From assembly GCA_910592345.1 (NCBI GenBank), contig CAJVPI010000003.1:62001-120324 (forward strand): a stretch of 58,324 nucleotides of DNA, written 5' to 3'. The stretch's first letter is position 1. Each line of letters begins with the position of its first letter. Shown here piece after piece: positions 24,055 to 37,288 of this stretch. Below the pieces are notes generated by a model that saw nothing but the letters and a program-made list of their open reading frames with translations, was not told where the DNA came from and made no database searches. The DNA is from Paraglomus brasilianum. Its lineage: Eukaryota. The translations under genes and the position numbers were made by a program.

Positions 24055-26389
24055 CTTATAACCTTACCCAAGCGGCTTTCTACAAAGAAATAGCAGTCAC
24101 AATAGAAAGCGAAAGCAGTGCCGACACATATAAATAGCTATCTCCTGGAATGAATAGAAAGTCTAGATCCCGCACATCAATCTCAAATCGCTGCCACATT
24201 TGTGAAGGATCTCTGCATAAGGTGTAATCCAAACGTGCTAGCGCAAATCAACCTTAAATTAAGTTGAATGCTAGCTAGCTATAAAAATACATGTTTTATT
24301 CCAAACTCAATTGCCTTGAGAGGCCAGAGGTATAGAGAAAAATCAATCCGTAAGAATGATAGAACCGGAAAGTTACTATTACTATTACGGACAGTTTCTT
24401 GAAATTTCGGCGCACCGTTTTGTGTAGCCTCTGTGTAACTACCAGTTATCCAATAAAAAAGTCTCGATGAACTCAATTTTCATTGATACCGAAGCAAGAA
24501 CATTGATTGAGTGACGATTCATTAATATAATATTAAGCGAAAAACTTTAGGAAAACGATGAGGGAAAGTGATGTTGGGGAGCCAAACGATACGCACGAAA
24601 TATTGTAATTACACATGGAGTGGATTACAATTACCACCACATTACAAACGTACTAAACTTGACCTATGCGTTATCATCAAACTGGACAAATTACGCTGTT
24701 GAAATCTTCTTACGTAAATGTATGATAAGAAAGTTTGATATTCATGTAGCTGTCAGGGATTTGTGATGAGTCGTTGGGCCACTGTGTTCATAACATTGGC
24801 GCTTAGAGATAACGACCGATAATCCATTTAATGAGCTGAAGATGAGAACACATATATGGTTATGAAACACAAGATACCACATGGACTTGCTCACGACAAG
24901 AAATCTATCCTTTTTGTACCATTCCACATTGCAGAATGAAAGCAATGTGATCGTTCAGGTAAATGAGCTATTTGAGTTTTATCTATTATCTCTCCTCGTT
25001 AGCACAACAACTGAACATTGTTTGCGAACAACAGGTCCGCCTCATCCTTGATATGAACGATGAGAATATTATGGAAGGACCGAGAGTGGAAAGAACTATT
25101 TTGTGAATCGAACAGTATCTCACGGAAGGAAAGGATATTGTTGTTGCGAGGATAGAGTTTTAGAAGATGTTAGGCCGCCAATTCCGCTTGGCGAAAGTAG
25201 CCACAGCAAAATTCCACCCATTATTTGGCTAGCAGTTTGGCGATATTATAGTAATATGTTATTCGGAGCGTGGGAAATTTGAAAGTCGTAAAGCAGTATA
25301 GGAGGCGTTGGACAAATCCACGGATGCGAGACCATACAGAAAATACTTTGTTTAGAATTTACTATATAAATTATTATAAAAAATCAATTATCGCTTACCT
25401 TTCATCATGCAGTATCTTATCTAAATTTAATCAGTCAGGATATAATTGAGTTTGGTTAAAAACGAGCAGTTGTAAAGGAATTTGTACAATAAATTTATAT
25501 GTTATTATATATCATAATTAGAACTTAAAGGTAACGATTAAAGAAGGTTTATGACTATAGCTTAAGATGGCTGTTTACCATTAATTGGGGGGTACGATAT
25601 CCATAGTAATAGTGTTACAACATATAGTATGTGACCTAAAGGCCTCATTTTCTTCTTTGTACGAACAGTTTTCCAATTTTATAATAAAGCTCTTCATTTT
25701 CTGGTAAATCAAGCGTGAAAGAATCTGTTGTCTAAGTCTTGAGGCCATAACCTATGTCCTTGAAAAGTCTTGACGTTTTGTCTTCATATAGCGACACGAA
25801 TAATTTGACGATCATACCCTCACAACGAAAATATCCTTCGCGATTGAGGTTGCCTTGATCGTCTTGATCGTTGCTAATAGCGAGAGCATAGGTGCTTTCT
25901 TCATTTATTGTCACGTTGGTACGTTTCCCAAGTGCTTTTTAGCATATCGTACTAACTTCTTGCGCTGGTTCCGTTTATACGCCTTTTCGCCTAATGTGGA
26001 CGTGTTCATTGCTTAATTCCTCCTTATAACGACCCACGATATAACTAACGGAGAAAAAATGGGTTTGGTGGATTATTAATAGGCGGAGAGCACTAGTTAG
26101 GATTTTTATTCCTAGAGCCGAGTCTTGCTCAAGAAGAATAGCGTATACTTTCGCAGAAAGTTTTTATTCGTTGGATAAACACCACCCGTTGAAGTTGTTT
26201 ATCTTTAATAAAATGAGTTCCATACAATAAAGCTATTTCTTAAGTAAATAGCAAATAACATGTCCGTAATATATAAAAATATATACTATTAGCTACTAAA
26301 CATCCCTCCGAAATTCTTAATGTAGCAGAATCTTATAAACAAGAATTTGCCACTGCTATCGCGTTGTTCAGCAGTCATTTCAGGTGCCA

Positions 26390-27400
26390 TTTTAATTTTT
26401 ACGACCCCATTGTTCTACATTACGGAGGATAGGGGACTTACGTTTAACTGCCTGAAAGGCCTCAAGATCGTTTCCAATTTTTTTTCTTGGGCGTTGTATC
26501 ATATATATCATCCGGCACAATAAAATTTTGCATTCGGATTCTTCCTATATGCCAGCATATTTTGAACTATGTTGATCAGTTCACTTTGCTTCATGGGGTG
26601 TTTTGGAGACACAGTTCGGCATAAGAATACGCACTGAAATTTCTTATGGTTGGTTTGATAATTATGTCTTCCTCATTATACCCTATGAGCTGGTTTGCAT
26701 ATTGGATATACTTTGTAGTTGGTTTTGTTGCTATAGTTAATTTATCTGACCGGATCATTCTAATAATGAAAAAGGCCATGGTTAATCTTTTCTCAATTAT
26801 TATCGAAAATGATTATGCAAGATTTTACCTCGTTTTCTCCAAGTCTCCTTGATTCGAACTTTGACCACTGAGCTTGAAGAGGTGGAGCACATGTGACTCA
26901 AACATAATCCCCCTTGAGCTGGAAGAGTCATCAGGATCTTGAATTTTTAGAAATAGATTGCTCCATCTACCATCCTCCAGTTTTTTCTGGATTTTATCAA
27001 AAATATAACCAGAGGCATTGTTCTTGGTAGAAAGTGTCTGGCCACTGATGAATAAGGCAAATTTTTGGAGAAGCACTGTATAAGCTTTCTGAAATCACTA
27101 ATTTCTGAAAGGGCTTCTTCTACACGTTCTAAAGACCTTTTCTTAATCACATCCTGATTATTGAGAATGACTGGTTGATCCTTGAAATTGGGATTTTCCT
27201 GACGAATAATGGATGCTGGTATCTGAAGAACATACCTTGGCACACCACCTGCTTCGTCACTGAGGTCAAGCATCAAATTTATCACTGGGAAGACACTTAA
27301 TCAGCAGGCTTCCAACACTTCTATTGACCATGGGTGGCATGCAAAATTTATTTACAAGATTTTTGAAGTCCTCTATCTTTGATACTTTTTGATGATTATT
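26390..27400 (-). pseudogene. Crinkler (CRN)-like NTPase + REase pseudogene
   Basis: Fragments AGGVPRYVLQ, ASGYIFDKI, RGIMFESHVLHLF, IIKPTIRNF and VPDDIY occur across frameshifts, resembling CRN/RHS-type C-terminal modules. Confidence 0.7.
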
Positions 27401-27928
27401 ATGAAATTTACCAAGAAGAACGAAAAATAATAAACCATAAATGAACATTACCACCAACTTATGACGAACCAAAATTAGAAGACAGGTAAAGCAAAATATT
27501 GAGGGGCCGCAATCTGTGACGTATTCTCTCCTTATTTCTGCGCTCCGCAGTTCAAATCAATCGACGGTAACACCAGCACAACTGCGGATTTCAAGACACT
27601 AGTAGTACACAGTTTCAGAGCACTCAAACGTATACCAATAGAATAGTAGAAGTAACTGCTAAAAATAGATCAATTAGACTCTCAAAAGATATATAATCAG
27701 TAGGAGTCTCAGCTAGAGTCGGGGTGTTATGTGTGATATTAAAAAGATGGTTTTTAGTGCCTTGGCTATATACTACTTTAATTACTTCGACTAAAGCTGA
27801 TTTCGATATTTTTGTGGTCTACCATTTTGAATATTAATATTGTACTTTTTATTATATATTACTTAATATTAATCAGATCTTTTGTTTAAATGAAAAATAT
27901 TTCTTTTATCCGTGTCTGGAAAATATAC

Positions 27929-28050
27929 AGTGAACCCTCCCTCCATACATGCACCCTCCATACATGCACGCCATGGCTCATTCCTGAGCTCGGGAATTAG
28001 GGAATTTTTCCTTTTCCATTATATGAGTTTCACCCTCTCTATATGCACGC
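27929..28050 (+). mobile_element. MITE/TIR fragment with internal direct repeat ccctccatacatgcac x2
   Basis: Starts TA|CAGTGAACCCTC, with a repeated 16-mer and a third variant ccctctctatatgcac near 28033. Confidence 0.5.
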
Positions 28051-28107
28051 CCGTGGATTTGCACAACAATAGTAATATCCTTGATTCTCTACATACAATT
28101 ACTATTA

Positions 28108-28485
28108 CAGTGTTCAACACAAAATTTAGTTCGTATTAGTATATGTGTGACTCGGTCAATTTTCAAAATAAACGCGTAATCAATGGATCAAGGACTACCA
28201 TTTCCAAACAGACTTATTTTCAACTTACTTCGCGTTTTACCCAAAACAAAAGTGTAAAATGTCGCAATCCGTTAACGAAAAACAACATTATATTATTGGG
28301 AGAAGGGACCTTAATCCTATTGGGAACATAGTTAAAACAAATGTGGAAAGGCGTAAACCAAAAAACTGTAAGGAGTTAGAACAGTTTATGACTGAAGAGT
28401 GGGACAATATTCACATACTGTCCTAATTAATTTAATAGATTCGATGAGAAATTCGTTTGTGCCATTTTTTTTTTGAACACCACTG
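28108..28485 (+). mobile_element. Heavily deleted Tc1-like element
   Basis: Imperfect TIRs cagtgttcaa.../...ttgaacaccactg. Internal DLNPIGNIVKTNVERRKPKNCKELEQFMTEEWDNI matches the C-terminus of the Tc1 at 9870-10604. Confidence 0.7.
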
Positions 28486-29119
28486 TTACTGTATATCAGC
28501 TTCAACATTATCACTGCCAACAAGATCTGTTTCTATAGTTCCCCGAATTTTATCTTTGACCTTCTTTTGCTTTATTTCCTGTATAGTTGAACCGAGGCTG
28601 AGACTGTCAGTTTACTGCTTTACAATTGAGGTGACGGTAGTTTTTCCTAAATACTTATCTTGTATAAAGCATGTACCGGTCGAATTGAACAACTTGTGAG
28701 ATGTAATTTTGATTTTTGCATTACAAAGGTCTGACGGGTTTGCTACGCTTGTCAATTATAATTCCTTCTTGTTGCTCGATTTCTCGATGTGCAGACATAA
28801 ATCCCAGGAATCGCCGTTGACAATTTATAAGAATTATGTGTTTGTTATCAACTCTTTTCAAATTCTTCAATAGAAAGTTCAATTAACATTAAACAGGCTC
28901 GTTTTCAATAGGAGTAATATTATCGTCGAAACTAAATCAAAGATGAAAACAAATTTACGATATGAAGTACGTTTATTAGGTGAACATTTATTGATAATGA
29001 CTATGTGAAAGTTTCTCGTTACGAGAATATAGAAACCGCACTTTCCTACCCCCTTCTATTATGACATTAATAAATACTTTGTATATGAACTTTTATTTTG
29101 TTAGTGTTAAATGCATGTG

Positions 29120-29296
29120 CAGTCAACCCTCTCTATAGTCATTCATGCTGTCGGGAACAATGCAACTTTTGTTTATAAAGAGGTTGTGACTACATAGAGG
29201 GTTTTTCCTATAAGTTCAACAGTAATTGGTTCTCAAACATGGTGTGCTTATAAAGAGGGTTTGCTTATAGAGGGGGTGACTAAAGAGGGTTGACTG
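29120..29296. mobile_element. MITE (Tc1/pogo-derived, ~177 bp)
   Basis: TIRs cagtcaaccctctctatagtca / tgactaaagagggttgactg, TA on the right flank, and internal ata(a/g)agagg subterminal repeats. Confidence 0.85.
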
Positions 29297-32200
29297 TATT
29301 TGTGATTTCGAAGCTATTAAAGACGTAAATAATTAAATTTTATTTTTTCGATTAAATTTTTGTGGTCAAGACATTAACTCGAATTTAGTATTTTTAGTTG
29401 AGTAAAGTAGATTATAAGTTTAAATAACTTTCTAATCTCCCAACAAAAATCTTTCTAAATTTAACCCAAAACCCTGGAAGAATTAATTAATTACATTGAC
29501 AAACTTACCGGACATTTAGAAGTAAAAGTCAATTATGACCGTCCTAAACCCGCAAGAGCGCTAACACAATTACCGACAAATGTAATATAAAAATCCTTAG
29601 CATACTACCGACTGTCTCCTTTGCCTTTGGGGTATTGTCTATATCCGATAGTATTGCTGACAAAAGGGGCGAAGAAATTAAATTCCCAAATCCCATTCCA
29701 TATTTTTGTAAGCACAGATTGAGAAGATTGTACGTGGAGCTTTTGAGAAGGCTTAAGTTCGTACAACTAACATTTCGCAATTTTTCGTAGATATGTTGGT
29801 TATGAGGTGCGCTAACTTTAATGTTAATCTCAGCTCAATGAAATCACTCATTATGCCGTTATTCAAAAATACGGAGGAGGGTAGTCGGAGACTTTGAGAT
29901 GTAATTCGATTGTAACTTAAACTCACGAAAGCAATGCAATTAGTTATATTTTGAAGCAGGCATATGATGACGAATTTGGACAATCATGCTAACGTTCTTA
30001 AAAACGACGCTACAAGTCACGACACAAGCACATCTGAACTCGATCTATCAGGAGAAGCTTATATTAACATTAGAATAGAAACAAATATACTTGAGGCCGA
30101 CATTGTAAGCTAAAAAAGTTATTGACAAAGCTCGCAATCAGTGCGCAACAAGGAAAGAAACTCCGAACAAATTGTTCAATACATCACGTGACAACAATCC
30201 AAACACTGGCGTTAAGTGTACATGTTGGTTGGATTCACTATTACTATCTGTCAAATTAGAATACCAAGCATTAGGGCGTAAAATTATATGACGCATGTTA
30301 CTGCGCAAAACACAAACGTATTTGCCATTACGTAGTCAACGTTTTTATCGTATTAATTATTGTATTAAATAATCGCAACCTTTTTATTATTATAAGTGCA
30401 TTTTCAACAAAAATTGCATTGTTCCTGACAGTGTTACCGTTTATCATTACAATTATCGTTGCCATATCATAGAGAAAGTCGCGCCAAAGTCAGAAGAGTT
30501 TTCGTATAAAATAAATATTCGTATTGTTCATATAGTCAGACGTACGGAAACGTGTAATAAGTATTCATGCCATCCATTTCATACGGAGTATTTAAACATC
30601 GAACATATTAAGAAACGTGTCACTTCTAAGCAGACGAGTACTAAGATTATTTATAAATTTGTAGCATATGGTAAAGATCTTTTGACGGCCTCTACAGTCT
30701 TAAAAACCCTCTCTTCGACAATTTTGTGATTTCACCCTCCAAAACCGTTCGCTTTCCTCACCAACGTCTATACTCCTCGCTAGAGTACAAGGGATACTCA
30801 CACCGCAAAAAGCAACTTGTCCAGTAAATAACGGTTTCTTTTGTCGAAACGAATTATTAGATAGGTAATAAATGATCAGGATAAACTGGAAATTTGTACC
30901 CGTCCTACCTCCTACAAACATAAGAATCTTAATAATAATTAGTATATGTATTGAGAAAAAAACGAATGAATATCTAGAAAAAGCTTTAGCTAAGAAAGAA
31001 AAAAAGAGTCGAATGATTGCAAATACTTAGAAGAGCTTTAAATGACAATTGAATATGATGCAAAGTGTAAAGTCAGTTTGTCCTCCTGCCTTTAGATGTG
31101 TATGAACAATTAATTGTTCCGGAGGAAAGAATGCAACATCTGGAAGGTAATCAGAAAGAAAAAGATGTTGGAGACAGATTTAGATTGGCTTTTAGGAGGG
31201 TACCCGACCAGTGTTAGGAAATAACCACGTGCTCAATACACCGATATACGAATTTCTAAGCTTACTGTATGTGGACCATTACATATGAAAGCGCAATACG
31301 TTACGTATCTCTATAGGCGCATTTTGCGACCAACCCTACAACCCAGAAGTAGGCAGTTTACAGATCATCGACTCCAAGTATTATGGAACAGATGCTCTTT
31401 TCGCCAATGTCTCAGAATAATCCTTTATATCTTATTACGGCCTGCTATGTTTTTGCTGGGTATTCAACGTATTGAACTGGTAAATGTACCAATGGAGGCA
31501 TCCATTCGTTGAATGTCTGAGCGTCCTCCCTTATTCGCACGCTCTCTCCTCCCGATCTGTTTAAGTGTACAAGTTGGGAGTTAGCACTTAACCGGTATAG
31601 GCAAGTACTGTGTGTAGTGACCAATATGAATACGCAGAAAAACCCATTCAGAATACACGCAAACTTTGCCAGTGAGTTGGGGGGCACAAGGGAACAAGAG
31701 AAACTGAACGGTTTATAGTACTTTTTAATATTACTACACAATCCCTAAAAACCGAATGTATGGTGAGTAATCGAACATCCAATGTTCCGCACATTCTAGT
31801 AGTGGAAGTAGACATTATGTATTGAAAAAATTATCTCATGCAGTCGTCATGTGGAATTTATTTTTGACTATTAAATAAACGGACGCTGATTGATGCTTGC
31901 ATAAAACGTGTTGTCATTAAGATGGCCATCGTTACTCACGCCGTAGTACTGTCCAAACGAGGTTAGTTGGTATCTAATCAGGGTAACCATATAGAGATAT
32001 TCTTGTGATTCTTTGCCTATAATAGAAATACCTCTGTTCTGAAATATTCCGACACGTTTTAGGCTGGTAAAAGGCTGGTAAACAGTTTTTCAAACAACGC
32101 TATTCTTACAATATCTGGGGTACTGATGAAGTAATAAGAAAAGCAGCCCTCGATAAAACTCATTTGTCTGTTAGGAGATTAAGAATATTGGAAGAAAACT

Positions 32201-33987
32201 TCTCTGTTGTTATCATTGGTTTTGGAGTGAATCAAGAGGGGCTTGTTTACGGTTTTATTTTTGTGGCATACATAAAAAGAAGATTTGGGGGGGGAAAGAC
32301 CAATAGTGTTATGAACGGTATTGTATAGATTATGTTACGGGAAAGATGATCTCTCTTAATAGAGAACAATCGAGAACAATATCCCATGAAGTTATCTGAG
32401 TATTAAAACTTGTTACATGTATATATTACTACCGTTATGTTAATACGGACGAAGGGGGGAACTCTCCGAAGGTTTTCTCTTCGCTTTTCCTGTCTCTCCT
32501 GATTCAATTCGGCTGATCAAATTCGCGCCACACGTTGAATTCTATACCTTAATTGGCTTAATTAATTACGCTTCTTGCTTCTCTATTTCCTAATTTTCTA
32601 CTCCCCTTTCTTTTTATGCGTGTTTCTTCGCTTTGGCTGAATGTATGATGGGCTGGTCAGCGAAAGGTTACCATTATTGCATGTATTTCATGTGTCTGAC
32701 GCTTTTTCTGCGTGATAACATAACAAGTTATGTACGTAAATCTGATGATGTTGATATGTTTATCACAAATTGTAAATCTAAACGTTTCCAGTACACTAAA
32801 AGCACAGCCCAATTTATATTAAGTCAAATATTAAGGCAATCAATAACATCAATAACAAACACTAGCTTATGTTTATTCGACTATTTATATTTCTTCCTTT
32901 GCGTTTATGCACTAAAGCGTGAAATATCAACGTCTTTGAATCTTTCCCGAACACACCAATCGAATCCTTTTCTAACATTTATATCGATAATCATTCTTCC
33001 TATTGTTGACCATGATTCTCCCTTGTCAGACCTCGCCCTTACGCAATATTTATACTACCTGTCGTGTGGTAGCTTCCGTTAATTTGCAGGCCGATTGTCC
33101 GATCCAAAACGTGAATCACACAAAAGAGAGTAACCCAATGAGCACTTGACAGTGTCAGAAAAAACTTGCTTTACCTCAGAAAGAAATCATCATCCATCAT
33201 TATCATCCCATCATCTACTTTCCATCTACTTCAGGCAAGTATAACTTCTCTTGTATTGCCCGTAAAATAATAATACTGTACTATAATTTTACATCTCTTA
33301 TGATGAAACGTATAAATATAGATAAGAATGACTGGTACATATAAATACGTATAAATAAATGTTAGGTTTATCTTTATCACTAATACTTATTCCTCCAACC
33401 TTATACGTGTAATCTCTTCCTTCCGTCCTCCTCACGTCTTTAGCTTCTGTGCCCGTTTTTTGTCTTGGGTGAGTCTTTATTTGCCCCAACCTTTCACGAT
33501 TTACTTCCCAACTGTTGTTTTCCATCACACTTGTGTACTCTTTCCAAGACTCACACTGTAACAACGCGTTTTGTTTGTTTGTTTTCCTGGGACCTCTCTG
33601 GTACATTCTTATTCACGTTAATCATGGTCTTTCGCGAATAACCTTCTCCGATGAAGTCATATACTGCTATTTAAGTTTACTTCAAATCTCCAGCTGCTCT
33701 TCTGCAGCTATATACGTCGTAAGCGTTTCTCCTGCTTGGCACTACCCAAACAAAATACTTACTTTTTAGTCATATTTATTCTCAACCGTTACCTAAACCG
33801 TTTCCCCCAATTCTTTCTCAATCCTTTCACTTCTTGTGTTCTTGTTGTAATACTTCCATTATAGACCAGTTCATTCTCCGTTGATTCGGTTGTTATATTA
33901 TTATAGACTTATTTTATATAGACGCAAAATATTCTAACTAGATTGTTCCCCATTAATAATCAGCATACCACAAAAACGCCGCAGACT

Positions 33988-36900
33988 ATGGACCATAGAG
34001 CAAGCATGTTTTTACCTCCACTGAATACTTCTTCTGTTGGATTGGAAACGGTGGAAGAGAGTACAGATCGCCTCCAACGCCAACGTCAGGCTCTGAACGG
34101 CGCCCTCTCGATGAGTTCGCCTCCCCTACATTCCTCTGTTGATGGCAGCCTAGACTGTCTTAATGAAAGAAAATCTCCCAGTCGAGATATGGAATCAAGT
34201 CATGCTTCAAATTTATTAGCTGTTCTTGATTCCGAAAGCGAACGAACGATCCTGGTGAGTCTCTCATCTTCTCGTGCCACACAATCATATCGAAATCAAT
34301 CATATATTATAACTGCCCATTATGACATATAACAGTTTCCCCAAAGATCAACGAAACCGAATTCTCCTTCGTTACAAGTTGATATCGTAAGATTTATTGT
34401 CATACCTAATCAGATACTGCGGTAAATGTAATAACCGAATTTGTAACATGATATCTTTCTGATTTTTAACTAGAAGCTTGAGCAAAAACGTTTAGAACAC
34501 GAAAGACAGCGGATAGAACAGCGGAAATTGTTTGAAGAGCATATGAAGATACTTGAGCTCCGACAGATGAGGGAAGAGCAAGACTTGTTAATTCAGCATC
34601 AATCGGGCACGGCCAATAGTGCTCCAACAACTCCACCTGCTTCCTCGAGTGATACTCGTGCTAGAGCTAACACTATGCCGAGGCTATCATCTTCGGCTAA
34701 CAGTTTCGTATCGGTCCCTAAAGCCGTTGGTATTCGCCCGGCCGACACTCCATCACATAACGGACAGCGTATATCATCACGTTCAGTACCAACTTCGAGA
34801 CGGAATTCCGATGCACCCGAAAGATTGACTTGGCCAAATATAGAAAAGTTATCCTTGCAAGACAGAGATGATCAGGAGACAGAGTACGTGCTCAATTTTT
34901 AAAACTTAACTATTACCACTAGCCTTTAAGCTATCTCACGGCGAATCCTTCAGTTTATAATTTCGCATGATCTAACTTCTAAATTCATATCGTAGTAGCA
35001 GGAAGGAAATACTTCGTTCATCTTTTGGAAGACCGTTCAATCGCATTGATGAATTAGCTAGGAATCAAACTTCTCCAACTGATGCTTCCACCTTCCCCCA
35101 GTTTAATGATAAATTTTTGTACGATGACGATGGTGAAACCGCATCGACTCCGAATCAGCGAACTTCTTCGTACGTTCACAAGTATCTGCAAATGAATACC
35201 AATGATGACAAGTTTCCGATATTGGTTCGTCGCGATAGCCACCCTGGAATGGTATGTGTTATTGATTATCATTAAATGCTCAGATTGCTGGTGACTAAAG
35301 ATTATTTCTTACGTCTTCAGCTATCGGCATCATCGACAGCGCTTGATCTGGCATCTCTAACACCAACTTCAAGTGACCGAAAATCGGACGGTATATCTTC
35401 AAAATCTATTCCAAGGCTCATGAATTCGTACTCTGCACCAAATCTTCAATCAACTAGCCGTTATGCGCGTCGTTCGAGTGGATATCCTAGCATGCCGGAT
35501 ATTCTGGAGGTTGAGAATAACTCTGTGCCCAGTTTGAATGAGATGGGAACAAATAATGTATGTCGTTTCTACCAGCAAGGATGGTGTGCCCGCGGAGATA
35601 GATGTCAGTACGCGCACACTCACGGCTTTGGAGGAATGACTCCCGTCAATGTAAATCTCGCGCAAATGGCCTTTCCAGGTGTTGTGCCATCACTAAACAC
35701 AGCTGCATTCTACGGTCAGTATGGGATGACTCCAATGGGGATAATTCCTGCGGCTGCGGCCGCAGCCGCAGCCGCAGCCTACAACCAAAATATTGCCACG
35801 TTGAATGCGGCCATTAACGCCAATAATGTGAGGATTATGCAGCCTTCCAGTGTCAATATGAAGATGAATCAAAAAAGAATGAACAATGAGCTTGAAAGTG
35901 AGTATTAACACGTCTGCTGAAACTATCTTTAGTCTAATCTTGTCACGACAATTTATCTCGAATACCCTTTGTAGCAACGAATAAGTTTGCCGGCGTGATT
36001 TTGGATGACTTGGTGGGGGAAATTTATTCTCTATGCAAGGATCAACATGGTTGCAGATATCTACAAAAAAAGTTGGAGGAGAAAAATGAAAGATATATTA
36101 ATATGATATTCAATGAAGTATCCAATCATTTCGTTGAGTTGATGACAGGTTGGTTGATCGATCCTGCGTTTGCTATTGGAATAATTGTCATCTAATTTTC
36201 ACATTGATACTTGCTAGATCCCTTTGGTAACTATCTTTGTCAGAAGCTATTGGAATGCTGCAGTGACGAACAGCGCACTATAATTGTTAAGACCGTTGCA
36301 TCAGAGCTAGTCAATATTTCTTTGAATATGCATGGCACTCGTGCTGTTCAGAAAATGATCGAATTCTTAAATACGCCACAACAGGTTTGTAAACTTGTCC
36401 AAGCAATGAAATTAGTATTGCGTAACACATACTGACCCATTGTTTCAGATTGAAATGGTGATAGTGGCATTAAATCTCAACGTTGTCACGTTGATCAAAG
36501 ATCTTAACGGTAATCACGTTATTCAAAAGTGTTTGAATCGGCTGGGTTCAGAAGACAATCAATTTATTTATAATGCAGTTAGCAAAAACTGCATTGAAGT
36601 GTCCACACATCGGCATGGATGCTGCGTCTTACAGCGATGCATCGATCACGCTAGTGAGTCCCAGAAGATACAGCTCGTGACAGAAATAACATATAACGCT
36701 CTTAAGTTGGTGCAAGACCCGTTTGGCAATTACGTTGTTCAATATGTTCTGGATTTAAAAGATAATCGATTCACAGACGCACTTATTAGACGTTTTGTTG
36801 GAAATGTGTGTCTGCTATCAGTGCAAAAGTTCAGTTCAAACGTGATGGAAAAGGTAAGCAATATTAAAGAGAAAGAAAAAATTTTCGAGTGATTTTACAT

Positions 36901-37288
36901 ATACGATTTTTATCTGTAGTGTATTAGAGTTGCACAACCGGATACACGAAGACTTCTTGTTGAAGAGATGCTTAACAAAATCAGTCTTGAGAAACTTCTG
37001 AGAGATTGCTATGCCAATTATGTTGTGCAGACATCTTTGGATTACGCGGACCCTGTACAACGTGCTGAATTGGTGGACTGCATTAAACCTTTGTTACCCG
37101 CCGTTCGTAATACGCCTTATGGCAAACGCATCCAAGGAAAACTGCATCGGGATCAGCAAATGCAAGCTATGAATTCTATCAATATGAACAATATGCTCGG
37201 TTTCCCATTTAATGGGCTGAGTCAGTTCGGGAATATGGGCGTCATTGGATTGAACGAATTTACACAGAATTATCATCCTTACATGTAA
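33988..37288 (+). CDS. Pumilio/PUF RNA-binding protein, Puf4 clade, with a CCCH zinc finger
   Basis: Eight PUF repeats (DQHGCRYLQ, PFGNYLCQ, MHGTRAVQ, LNGNHVIQ, RHGCCVLQ, PFGNYVVQ, KFSSNVME, CYANYVVQ), CCCH motif CRFYQQGWCARGDRCQYAH, and a poly-Ala tract. The start codon is tentative. Confidence 0.93.

Noticed and set aside
25590..26030. Bacterial (endosymbiont-derived) gene suggested by TAAGGAGG 9 nt before an ATG on the minus strand
   Set aside because: The downstream frame closes after ~32 codons, or two codons later if TGA is read as Trp, and shows no recognisable product. Probably chance or an unidentifiable pseudogene.
29536..30110. Second HMG-box pseudogene
   Set aside because: Only vague coding-like fragments are present and no HMG motif could be reconstructed.
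31285..31741. Short ORFs or a secreted-protein remnant
   Set aside because: Multiple stops and no recognisable motif, so no call can be supported.
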